Positions 7,463 to 14,687 of a DNA stretch of 34,386 nt are shown in pieces. The notes beneath the pieces are model-generated. The model saw nothing but the letters and a program-made list of their open reading frames with translations. It did not search any database and was not told the origin of the DNA. Position 1 is the stretch's first letter. Each line of letters opens with the position of its first letter. Origin of the DNA: a virus (lineage: Duplodnaviria > Caudoviricetes); the IMG/VR virus record IMGVR_UViG_3300043173_000268, positions 1 through 34,386 of that record. One strand, 5' to 3'. The position numbers and the translations under genes are program-made.

Positions 7463-7506
7463 AAACTCCATGGGGCTTGGCAACTTAACCCTTTATGAGG
7501 TTGCAT
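7463..7506 (+). repeat. 44-bp conserved cassette 3' element, copy B
   Basis: Identical to the reverse complement of 5022-5065; starts 3 nt after the stop codon. Confidence 0.95.
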
Positions 7507-7528
7507 CTAATTTAACTCAATAAAAAAA

Positions 7529-8038
7529 ATGCACACATCATCACCAAAAATTGACTTTATCGAAATTGCCTCGGATATTGCTGAGTGGATCGAACGCAAT
7601 TACGGTTATTTTGTCAATGCAAAAAGTGAGGAGTCCAAAATTGTTCAAGATTTTGCAGAACAATTATCAAGATTGCCAGTGGGTGCAATGTCATACATTC
7701 AACAAGCTAAAAATAATTTTATCGATAGAAACTTTAGTCGCCCACCATTACCCACCCAATTTATTAATGAATTGAGAATTATTTTTAATCAAAATAGAGT
7801 ATTGCCCAAGCCCTTTTTAAGAATTAAAAGGCAAGCAGATAATGATAATTTGGGTTTTATTTGTGTGCAACTTTTTCAAAAAAATAACGATTTTGATAAA
7901 GTAAAATTTATCGAAAATTTATCAAAAACTGGTCAATTAAAACCTATTAAAAAATTTCCCATTATTAAAATGATGGAAAAAATATTACAAAAAAACGGCT
8001 ATCAAAACGAAAAAATAAGAGAAATAATCAACTCATAG
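7529..8038 (+). CDS. putative helicase loader (lambda P-like)
   Basis: Position downstream of the initiator; helical protein with an RPPLPTQF motif like the PP.P..F of P-like loaders. Confidence 0.5.
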   Translation: MHTSSPKIDFIEIASDIAEWIERNYGYFVNAKSEESKIVQDFAEQLSRLPVGAMSYIQQAKNNFIDRNFSRPPLPTQFINELRIIFNQNRVLPKPFLRIKRQADNDNLGFICVQLFQKNNDFDKVKFIENLSKTGQLKPIKKFPIIKMMEKILQKNGYQNEKIREIINS

Positions 8039-8121
8039 CAATAATAAACCAAAATCAAGATTTTAGAGTAAAGAAAAATGACATTACAAGAACTAGACAA
8101 TTTAAAAAAGGAGTATAAATT

Positions 8122-8313
8122 ATGAAAGTCCCAATATCAAATAAAATGCAAAAAGAAAAAATTTTAATCATGGCAATTAGTGCAAGAACTGAAATACTAA
8201 CATACAAAGAAATATTTTGTAAAACTATTGGTGAAACTAATATAGTTAATCGTGAAGAAAGAATATTGAATGATTTAATAAAAACAAAACGAAATGAATT
8301 AGGATATTTATAA
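8122..8313 (+). CDS. hypothetical protein (63 aa)
   Basis: ORF track; AAGGAG RBS. Confidence 0.7.
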   Translation: MKVPISNKMQKEKILIMAISARTEILTYKEIFCKTIGETNIVNREERILNDLIKTKRNELGYL

Positions 8314-8412
8314 CAAATTTCTAAGCCACCTATGTGGTGGTGAACAAAAACGGGGAACATAATGTCAAAAAAAAATCACTTTTTGAAATTATAAATAAAA
8401 AAGGAGTAGAAA

Positions 8413-8622
8413 ATGACACTAAATAAAATAACATTTGAAAGTATAAAAGTTGGGCAAGTATTTATAAGTAGAGGGCATTTTTCAATAAAAAAAGATAGTC
8501 TGGCTCAAGTTGAAAGCCTTGGTAACAACCAACCTATAACCAAAGAACAAAGAACAGATTTATTGCGTTTAGGCGTGATGAAGTGCTATCGGTTGAAACA
8601 AAAAAACTTAACGAAAAAATAA
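8413..8622 (+). CDS. hypothetical, probably chimeric protein sharing its C-terminus with 9094..9582
   Basis: AAGGAG RBS; QRTDLLRLGVMKCY.LK present in both proteins. Confidence 0.65.
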   Translation: MTLNKITFESIKVGQVFISRGHFSIKKDSLAQVESLGNNQPITKEQRTDLLRLGVMKCYRLKQKNLTKK

Positions 8623-8752
8623 ATCAGATTGAAATTCTTGAAAAGGAATGAGGTATTTTTAAGAATTAAAGGGGCTTTCCCTTTACAAACGGGCATTGTC
8701 CGTTTTAATCGTTGATAAAATTAAAATTATCAACACATTTAGGAGTAAAAGT

Positions 8753-8998
8753 ATGAAAGCAGTACAAATTAGTGTAGGTGATGAAGTTTGTGTATTGGCT
8801 CAAGATTTGACAAGTAGCGATTCAAGTGGGAACAATAAACAATATTTTGTAGCATCTGGCAAAGTAATCAAAATTGATCGTGAGCCTAACACTGGGCCTG
8901 AGGTCGTTGTTGAGTATGACGATTATAGTTCAGAACGCACTGGAAAAAATACAGTTGCGTGGGGTGTTAGCGGTATTTATATCAAAGCCGTTCTTTAG
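8753..8998 (+). CDS. small beta-rich (SH3-like?) protein (81 aa)
   Basis: AGGAG RBS before ATG 8753; VGDEV...GKVIKI...VVVEY pattern. Confidence 0.7.
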   Translation: MKAVQISVGDEVCVLAQDLTSSDSSGNNKQYFVASGKVIKIDREPNTGPEVVVEYDDYSSERTGKNTVAWGVSGIYIKAVL

Positions 8999-9006
8999 CA
9001 AGGTCG

Positions 9007-9035
9007 CTGCCAATATTTGCTAATATTGGCAGTTT
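9007..9035 (+). terminator. probable intrinsic terminator / perfect hairpin
   Basis: CTGCCAATATT-TGCT-AATATTGGCAG, 11-bp stem followed by TTT. Confidence 0.6.
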
Positions 9036-9093
9036 AACGAAGCAAGCAAGCTAATGGGTGTTTAATTGATGGCGTGGAATATAGGGCGAGACC

Positions 9094-9582
9094 ATGATTG
9101 AAAAAATAGAAATTGCTTTATATCATCATTTTAGGTTTTTACAAAACGATGTCATTACTAATATTTACATCGATTACGCTAGGCATGAATGCGATTTAAT
9201 AGTTATTCGCAATCAATCTTTATATGCTTTAGAAGTAGAAATAAAAATGTCTGTTGGTGATTTAAGAGCAGAAAGAAAAAAGCAACGATACCGTAGGAGT
9301 GGTGTTGATTGCTATCACGATAGCGATGTGGGTATGAGCCAAATGTTTAAAGAAAAATGGTTTGCAATGCCAGAAAAAATGAAACAAAAAGGGCTAGAGT
9401 TAATCCCCAATTATGCAGGCTTGCTAACTATTAATGAGCATGGCGGTGTAAAAATTGCTCGGAAAGCAAAGAAATTAAACAGTCAAGCATTAACCCAAGG
9501 ACAAAGAACGGATTTATTACGTTTAGGTGTGATGAAGTGTTATAAGTTGAAATTAAGAATTATAAATGAGGGTCAATCATGA
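9094..9582 (+). CDS. PD-(D/E)XK nuclease-fold protein (MmcB-like)
   Basis: ECDLIV...LEVEIKMSVGDLRAE...WFAMP...IPNYAGLL. Confidence 0.75.
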   Translation: MIEKIEIALYHHFRFLQNDVITNIYIDYARHECDLIVIRNQSLYALEVEIKMSVGDLRAERKKQRYRRSGVDCYHDSDVGMSQMFKEKWFAMPEKMKQKGLELIPNYAGLLTINEHGGVKIARKAKKLNSQALTQGQRTDLLRLGVMKCYKLKLRIINEGQS

Positions 9583-9773
9583 AAAATAGATGCAAAGGAA
9601 AAATACTTGATATATTAATGGAAGACCGTATTTTTTCAATTCATAAATCAAAAAATGGGGTTTTCTGTTTCCTTCAAGGAAACGACCCAGAATATGGTGA
9701 TAAGTTTCAAGTTGATTTAGGTTTTGAGCAAATGAACGATTTAATAAAAGAATTACAACTTTTGGTAGAATAA
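9579..9773 (+). CDS. hypothetical protein (64 aa)
   Basis: ORF track; ATGA overlap. Confidence 0.7.
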   Translation: MKNRCKGKILDILMEDRIFSIHKSKNGVFCFLQGNDPEYGDKFQVDLGFEQMNDLIKELQLLVE

Positions 9774-9950
9774 ATGACTGATATGGACAAAGTTGGAAAA
9801 TTATTAAAACAAAGAAAAGGCTGTTCTAGTTGTAATTTAGTGAGAGATGTTAAACATGGTAGCCTGCACTGCGTGTTAGATATGAAAATGGGTATTAGTT
9901 TAGATTTTGTATGTCGTGATTTTAAGGAGGTAAAAAATGAAAGAGAATAA
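9774..9950 (+). CDS. small four-Cys protein (58 aa)
   Basis: Read by hand: MTDMDKVGKLLKQRKGCSSC...LHC...FVCRDF...*; abuts the previous stop. Confidence 0.65.
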   Translation: MTDMDKVGKLLKQRKGCSSCNLVRDVKHGSLHCVLDMKMGISLDFVCRDFKEVKNERE

Positions 9951-10113
9951 AAGACCTGCAACACGTGCAGAAACAGAGGCATTTTTTGCAATGAAAGAAA
10001 AAATAAATAAAGCATCGGAAAAAGAGAGAAACATTATTTATGAACAATTAGAAGCCAAAAAAGTTGCCTTAATGCGTAAGGGCATTAAGGCAGGAAAAGG
10101 TAGCAGATGGTAA
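9937..10113 (+). CDS. hypothetical basic protein (58 aa)
   Basis: Read by hand: AAGGAGG RBS; MKENKRPATRAETEAFFAMK...GKGSRW*. Confidence 0.7.
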   Translation: MKENKRPATRAETEAFFAMKEKINKASEKERNIIYEQLEAKKVALMRKGIKAGKGSRW

Positions 10114-10117
10114 ACAA

Positions 10118-10543
10118 ATGAGAAACATAAAAAACGGCTATCTAATCACACACAATAGCCACATAGACATACTTTCCGAAAATCTAAGACAAATGCTTGC
10201 ATCGTCAAAAAAAGGGCTAAATATAAGCGTTAAGAACATCGCACGGACTACACGTCAAAACAATGCACTACACAGCACCTTAACTGAATACGCTCAACAA
10301 TTAAACGATGCAGGCATTCCTTATCGCATTAAAATTGGCAATAAAGAGATTGACGGAATTTGGACACTGGCAAACTTAAAAGACTTATTCAAAATAATTG
10401 CCAAACATCTTTATAAAACCACATCAACTACGCAAATGAGCACGGCTCAAATGGCAGAATGCTACCAGGTGTTTGCAGAGCGTATTTCGTTCAATACGGG
10501 CGTTCATGTAAGTTGGCACTGCAACGAGCCACCTGATTTATGA
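10118..10543 (+). CDS. NinB/YbcN-like recombination accessory protein
   Basis: RTTRQNNALH and TSTTQMSTAQMA motifs. Confidence 0.72.
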   Translation: MRNIKNGYLITHNSHIDILSENLRQMLASSKKGLNISVKNIARTTRQNNALHSTLTEYAQQLNDAGIPYRIKIGNKEIDGIWTLANLKDLFKIIAKHLYKTTSTTQMSTAQMAECYQVFAERISFNTGVHVSWHCNEPPDL

Positions 10544-10923
10544 TTAAACATCATTTAATAAATGAAAAATACTACACTATTAAGGCTTTGGTGGATAAAA
10601 CAGGGCTCTCACAGAGGGCTATCTACTATAAAATGGATGCAGGAATTAAGACTTTCAACGGCTTAAAAAGTTTGTACAGGAAAACATACCTCATTGAGGG
10701 AAAACGTTATTCGATGAAAGCATTAATGGCTAAGACAGGCAAATCACAGAGAACTATTTATTATAGGTTGAATGCAGGAATTAGGACTTTAAGCGGTATC
10801 ATCAGTCGCCCTAAATACAATGAATATCCACACAATATAATTTACAGAAAACCACCAAACTGGCAAGGATCTATGTTCAACGATGAACACGGACATTGGA
10901 AATTGTTAGCAAAAGCATTGTGA
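10540..10923 (+). CDS. putative DNA-binding protein with two ~42-aa HTH-like repeats; paralogue of 33795..34058
   Basis: Repeated LI..K.Y..KAL..KTG.SQR.IYY...AGI.T..G; C-terminal SM.ND..GHWKLLA.AL. Confidence 0.75.
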   Translation: MIKHHLINEKYYTIKALVDKTGLSQRAIYYKMDAGIKTFNGLKSLYRKTYLIEGKRYSMKALMAKTGKSQRTIYYRLNAGIRTLSGIISRPKYNEYPHNIIYRKPPNWQGSMFNDEHGHWKLLAKAL

Positions 10924-10942
10924 TTTTAGATATGAATAATAA

Positions 10943-11015
10943 ATAAAACGCTGGGCAAGAATACACTGGAAAACAAGCAGTTAATGCCAAAACTGGTGAA
11001 TTATTTTCAAATTAA
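10943..11015 (+). pseudogene. 3' remnant of a phage DNA methyltransferase gene
   Basis: IKRW(+1 G)QEYTGKQAVNAKTGELFSN* matches the I.RWQ..TG..A C-terminus that I recall from phage N4/N6 methylases. Confidence 0.6.
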
Positions 11016-11019
11016 ATGT

Positions 11020-11122
11020 AAATAATGCTTGACTTTCATTTTAATTAGCGTATAATTCTTTATATGAACTAAAGAAGTTCAATCTGATCAAGCAGAAAAC
11101 TTGGAATTATGGAGATAATAAA
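11020..11122 (+). promoter_or_regulatory. sigma70-type promoter and conserved leader (cassette C)
   Basis: TTGACT (11029), 16 bp, TATAAT (11051); TGAACT..AGTTCA and CAAG-CAGAAAA-CTTG hairpins; GGAATTATGGAGATAATAAAATGACAAA identical to copy B. Confidence 0.9.
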
Positions 11123-11395
11123 ATGACAAACATTGATAAAATAAACGAAATAACAACTAAAGAAGTTTTAGAAAACGGCGGAAAACTTTGGGAAAAAGGC
11201 ACAATGTATAGAGTTTATGTTAATGCTGAAACTTTCAGAAAAGTTTGGGGTTCTCATTTTGACCAATATCAAAATTTTAAAGGACTAGACATTGGAAAAT
11301 CTAAACTTTGGATGAATAAAGATGGCTCTTTGCAGTGTGATAACGGCTCTATTAGAAGTGCTTTCAATGGAACACAACTTAGTTGTACTGCTTAA
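11123..11395 (+). CDS. hypothetical protein (90 aa); cargo of cassette C
   Basis: ORF track; strong RBS; contains GKLWEKG...RVY. Confidence 0.85.
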   Translation: MTNIDKINEITTKEVLENGGKLWEKGTMYRVYVNAETFRKVWGSHFDQYQNFKGLDIGKSKLWMNKDGSLQCDNGSIRSAFNGTQLSCTA

Positions 11396-11529
11396 TTAAA
11401 AATTTACCACCACACAGGTGGCTTAGAAGTATTTATCAAATTCAATAAGGGAGGTTAAATATGGACAAAAAAAACACAACAAGCCTTTCACAAAGGGAGG
11501 GCTCAAATGGGCTTGAGTAGAGGTAAATT

Positions 11530-11691
11530 ATGACGATATGCAAAGCATGTGGCAGAAATTCAAAAATCCACAAACGATATACAAAGGTTTGCAATTGGTG
11601 CAGCAAGGAATATCAAGGCATCAAAATTAGCAAGTTTTGCTCAGTAAAATGCAAGCAGTTTGATAGATACGAAAAAAGAAAAAAAGGCTAA
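11530..11691 (+). CDS. small Zn-finger protein (53 aa; CxxC...CxxC...FCSxxC)
   Basis: Read by hand: GAGG RBS; MTICKACGR...VCNWCSKEYQGIKISKFCSVKCKQFDRY...*. Confidence 0.75.
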   Translation: MTICKACGRNSKIHKRYTKVCNWCSKEYQGIKISKFCSVKCKQFDRYEKRKKG

Positions 11692-11694
11692 TTT

Positions 11695-11892
11695 ATGATA
11701 TATCAATACTTTATAGATGGCTTTTGGCAGACTTGCAAAATAATTGATTTTCATAATTTGGTTTACATCATTGAATTTAAAGGCAATCTGATTGGTGTTA
11801 TTCCAGATAAAATCAGATTTATAAAGGATAACGAGCAGTTGTTTACGCCAATTCAACAAAAAAATATCAATTCTGAGGTGGTTTTTCAATGA
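11695..11892 (+). CDS. hypothetical protein (65 aa)
   Basis: ORF track; ATGA overlap with the next gene. Confidence 0.65.
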   Translation: MIYQYFIDGFWQTCKIIDFHNLVYIIEFKGNLIGVIPDKIRFIKDNEQLFTPIQQKNINSEVVFQ

Positions 11893-12659
11893 GCAGTGAT
11901 TTAAAAATAATTGTGCCAATTTCAGGCGGCAAAGACTCTCAGTCTTGTTTAAAAATCGCTGTAGAAAAATACGGCAATAAAAACGTCAAGGGTATGTTTT
12001 GCGACACAAAGAACGAACACCCCATCACTTATGATCACATCGATAAAATGAAAGTGCTGTATGATGTGGAAATTGAAACTGTCATTGACCCTAATCCTAA
12101 ATTTAGAAATAGAAACGTTTGGGAAAGAATAAGAAGCCGTGGAAAATTCCCAAGAGATAATGCTAGATTTTGCACTCAGCAATTAAAAATAGACGTTAGC
12201 TCTAGGTTTTACAATCAGCAATTGACGTTAGATAATTATAAGGATGGGTATCATGTTTTTTATGGAATGAGGGGCATTGATGAGAGCCTAAATCGTACCA
12301 AAAAATACGGTAAATATGTTTCTAGCGAACTAATAAAGCCAAATGACATGAACGCCTCATTCCCCAAAAAATTAGCAAAACAAGGCGTTTATTTTATTTT
12401 GCCAGTTGTAAACTGGTCTACAAAAGATGTTTTTGATTTTTTAGGTGATGATGTTAATCCACTTTATAAAGAGGGCTTTAAGCGTGTAGGTTGCTTTCCT
12501 TGCTTTGCATGTGCAACGCCAAAGCAATTAAATAATGCTTATAATTTTGATGATTTTGGCAAAGAGCAAAAAAGAAAGGTGATTGAGATAGAGAAAGAAT
12601 TAGGTATTATTCATGAAAATTCAAATACTGCTCAAGTTTGTATGTGGTGTGAAATATAA
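11889..12659 (+). CDS. PAPS reductase-family (CysH/DndC-like PP-loop) protein
   Basis: ISGGKDS PP-loop, FCDT..E, RFCT..LK, GMR..ES..R, P..NWS..DVF, NPLY..GF.RVGCFPC. Confidence 0.9.
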   Translation: MSSDLKIIVPISGGKDSQSCLKIAVEKYGNKNVKGMFCDTKNEHPITYDHIDKMKVLYDVEIETVIDPNPKFRNRNVWERIRSRGKFPRDNARFCTQQLKIDVSSRFYNQQLTLDNYKDGYHVFYGMRGIDESLNRTKKYGKYVSSELIKPNDMNASFPKKLAKQGVYFILPVVNWSTKDVFDFLGDDVNPLYKEGFKRVGCFPCFACATPKQLNNAYNFDDFGKEQKRKVIEIEKELGIIHENSNTAQVCMWCEI

Positions 12660-12896
12660 GTGCAATTAAGACTAAAATTAGATGATTATAAACGTTATGA
12701 AATATCTGGCGTTATAGTTGAAGCCATCCAATGGATCGGTGGCAATATCAACAATGTAAGCGACTTTATCACTTGCAAAGACTTAGACTGGGACTCGCTA
12801 GAAGTAGGCGATTATGTAGTTAATAATTTAATCGGTCAATTTTATATATGCAAAAAAGAAAAATTTGAGACGGATTACAAAAAATTAGATGGCTAA
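12660..12896 (+). CDS. conserved phage hypothetical protein (78 aa)
   Basis: VEAIQW.G.N...GDYVV....G.FY.C....F...Y pattern. Confidence 0.7.
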   Translation: MQLRLKLDDYKRYEISGVIVEAIQWIGGNINNVSDFITCKDLDWDSLEVGDYVVNNLIGQFYICKKEKFETDYKKLDG

Positions 12897-13377
12897 GTCT
12901 AAAAAAAAACAGCAAAGGCGTACACTCTCTAAAGAGTTCAAAGAGCAAATACGAAGCGAGTATAGTCTTGGTTCTACTCAAATAGCATTAAGCAAGCGTT
13001 ATAATTGCAATCGAAGTATTATCAGCAGAATAGTTAATGGTATGAGTCGTGATGGTGAAAAACTAGCAAGCAACTTAGCAACAGTCAATCAAGAATTAGC
13101 AACTTACAAGCAACACGAACAACACGCTATAATACAGCGTTCTGAGCAAATTGCTAAAATAAAAGAGGCAACGCTAAAGGGCACAAATTACATAATAGGG
13201 CGTACTTTAATAAAAATGCAAGGCTTAAAGGATGATGAAATTAACTTCAATGATTTTGCACAGGCTCAAGGTGTAATGACTAAAGCAGATGCAATGGTTA
13301 GCCCCAAAACAGCGATTGAAACTACTACAAACAATACGCAAGTTAATAATATAACTGTTCAATTCGTTGAGCCCTAA
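12889..13377 (+). CDS. terS: terminase small subunit (N-terminal HTH)
   Basis: IRSEY..G.TQ.ALSKRY HTH; C-terminal ITVQFV strand; directly upstream of TerL. Confidence 0.7.
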   Translation: MAKSKKKQQRRTLSKEFKEQIRSEYSLGSTQIALSKRYNCNRSIISRIVNGMSRDGEKLASNLATVNQELATYKQHEQHAIIQRSEQIAKIKEATLKGTNYIIGRTLIKMQGLKDDEINFNDFAQAQGVMTKADAMVSPKTAIETTTNNTQVNNITVQFVEP

Positions 13378-13484
13378 AACTTGGCATTTTGGTTGATTTA
13401 GATTTTACAAACGCCTATCTAACGCCAAAAGTGCCATAATAACCCTATGCGAGTATGGGGTTATTAACTCATTAAAATACGGCT

Positions 13485-14687
13485 ATGGATAATCGTCTAA
13501 TCAAAATGAATGTGGCATTTAAGCCACTGTTCAAAAAAAAACGCTATAAGGTGTACTACGGTGGGCGTGGCGGTGGTAAGTCGTGGGGCATTAGTATTGC
13601 TTTGTTGATTTTTGGTAGCCAAAAAAAACTCAGAATACTTTGCACTCGTGAGGTTCAAAATTCAATACGTGACTCAGTTCATAAGTTATTAGTTGATTGT
13701 ATTTCTAAGTTTGGTTTGGACTCGTTTTTTAGAATCACACGTGACGGCATTTACGGCTTAAATGGTACTGAATTTTTATTTCATGGGCTAAAGCACTCAG
13801 TTCAAACAATAAAAAGTCTGGAGGGTGTGGATATTTGCTGGGTTGAAGAAGCTCAAAGAATATCAAATGAAAGTTGGGAAGTGTTAATCCCAACAATCAG
13901 AAAAACTGGCTCAGAAATATGGCTTAGTTTCAACCCCAATTTAAGCACCGATCCGACTTACACACGATTTTTAACTGAACCAATTCGGTCTAATCAGACG
14001 ACTGTAAAAGTGAGCTACAAAGATAATCTTTATTTTTCAGACGAATTAAAAAAAGAGATGGAGTATCAAAAAGAGATAGACTTCAACGATTATTTGCACA
14101 TTTGGGAGGGACATTGCAGAACCTCAACCGATGCCCAAATTTTCAAAGATAAATACATCGTCGAGACATTTGATACGCCTGATGACGCAGTTTTTTATTT
14201 TGGTTTAGATTGGGGATTTTCGCAAGACCCCACGGCGGTCATAAGATGCTTTATTAAAGATAAAGAGTTGTTTATTGACTATGAAGCGGGTGGCGTTAAG
14301 ATTGAGCTAGACTATACGCACAGGCTAATTGACACAGTGCCAAAGGCTAAAGAAAACGTTATTAGAGCAGATAATTCACGCCCTGAGAGCATTAGTTATG
14401 TAAAACGTCAAGGCTATCGCATTGAAGCAGTTTACAAATGGGCGGGCAGTATTCAGGATGGCATAGCATTTATTCGCTCATTTAAAATGATACATATTCA
14501 CAGCCGATGCACCAAAACGGCTGAGGAGTTTTTGCTGTATAATTACAAAAAAGACAAGCTAACAGACAACATTTTGACTGATATTGTAGACAAAAATAAT
14601 CACTATGTAGACGCGTTAAGATACGCACTTCAGCCCCTAATTAAACAAAGAGGGCAGGTCAAAATGTTGTCTGTCATCGGAGCATAA
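13485..14687 (+). CDS. terL: terminase large subunit, PBSX family
   Basis: Walker A GGRGGGKS, REVQNSIRDS, IKSLEGVDICWVEEA, SFNP, GLDWGF..DP, HYVDALRYA. Confidence 0.97.
   Translation: MDNRLIKMNVAFKPLFKKKRYKVYYGGRGGGKSWGISIALLIFGSQKKLRILCTREVQNSIRDSVHKLLVDCISKFGLDSFFRITRDGIYGLNGTEFLFHGLKHSVQTIKSLEGVDICWVEEAQRISNESWEVLIPTIRKTGSEIWLSFNPNLSTDPTYTRFLTEPIRSNQTTVKVSYKDNLYFSDELKKEMEYQKEIDFNDYLHIWEGHCRTSTDAQIFKDKYIVETFDTPDDAVFYFGLDWGFSQDPTAVIRCFIKDKELFIDYEAGGVKIELDYTHRLIDTVPKAKENVIRADNSRPESISYVKRQGYRIEAVYKWAGSIQDGIAFIRSFKMIHIHSRCTKTAEEFLLYNYKKDKLTDNILTDIVDKNNHYVDALRYALQPLIKQRGQVKMLSVIGA

Noticed and set aside
11889-12659. Assigning a sulfur-oxidising host from the PAPS reductase-like gene
   Set aside because: The family is widespread in phages; the sequence supports only an AT-rich, probably diderm host, based on the lipoprotein/spanin candidate.
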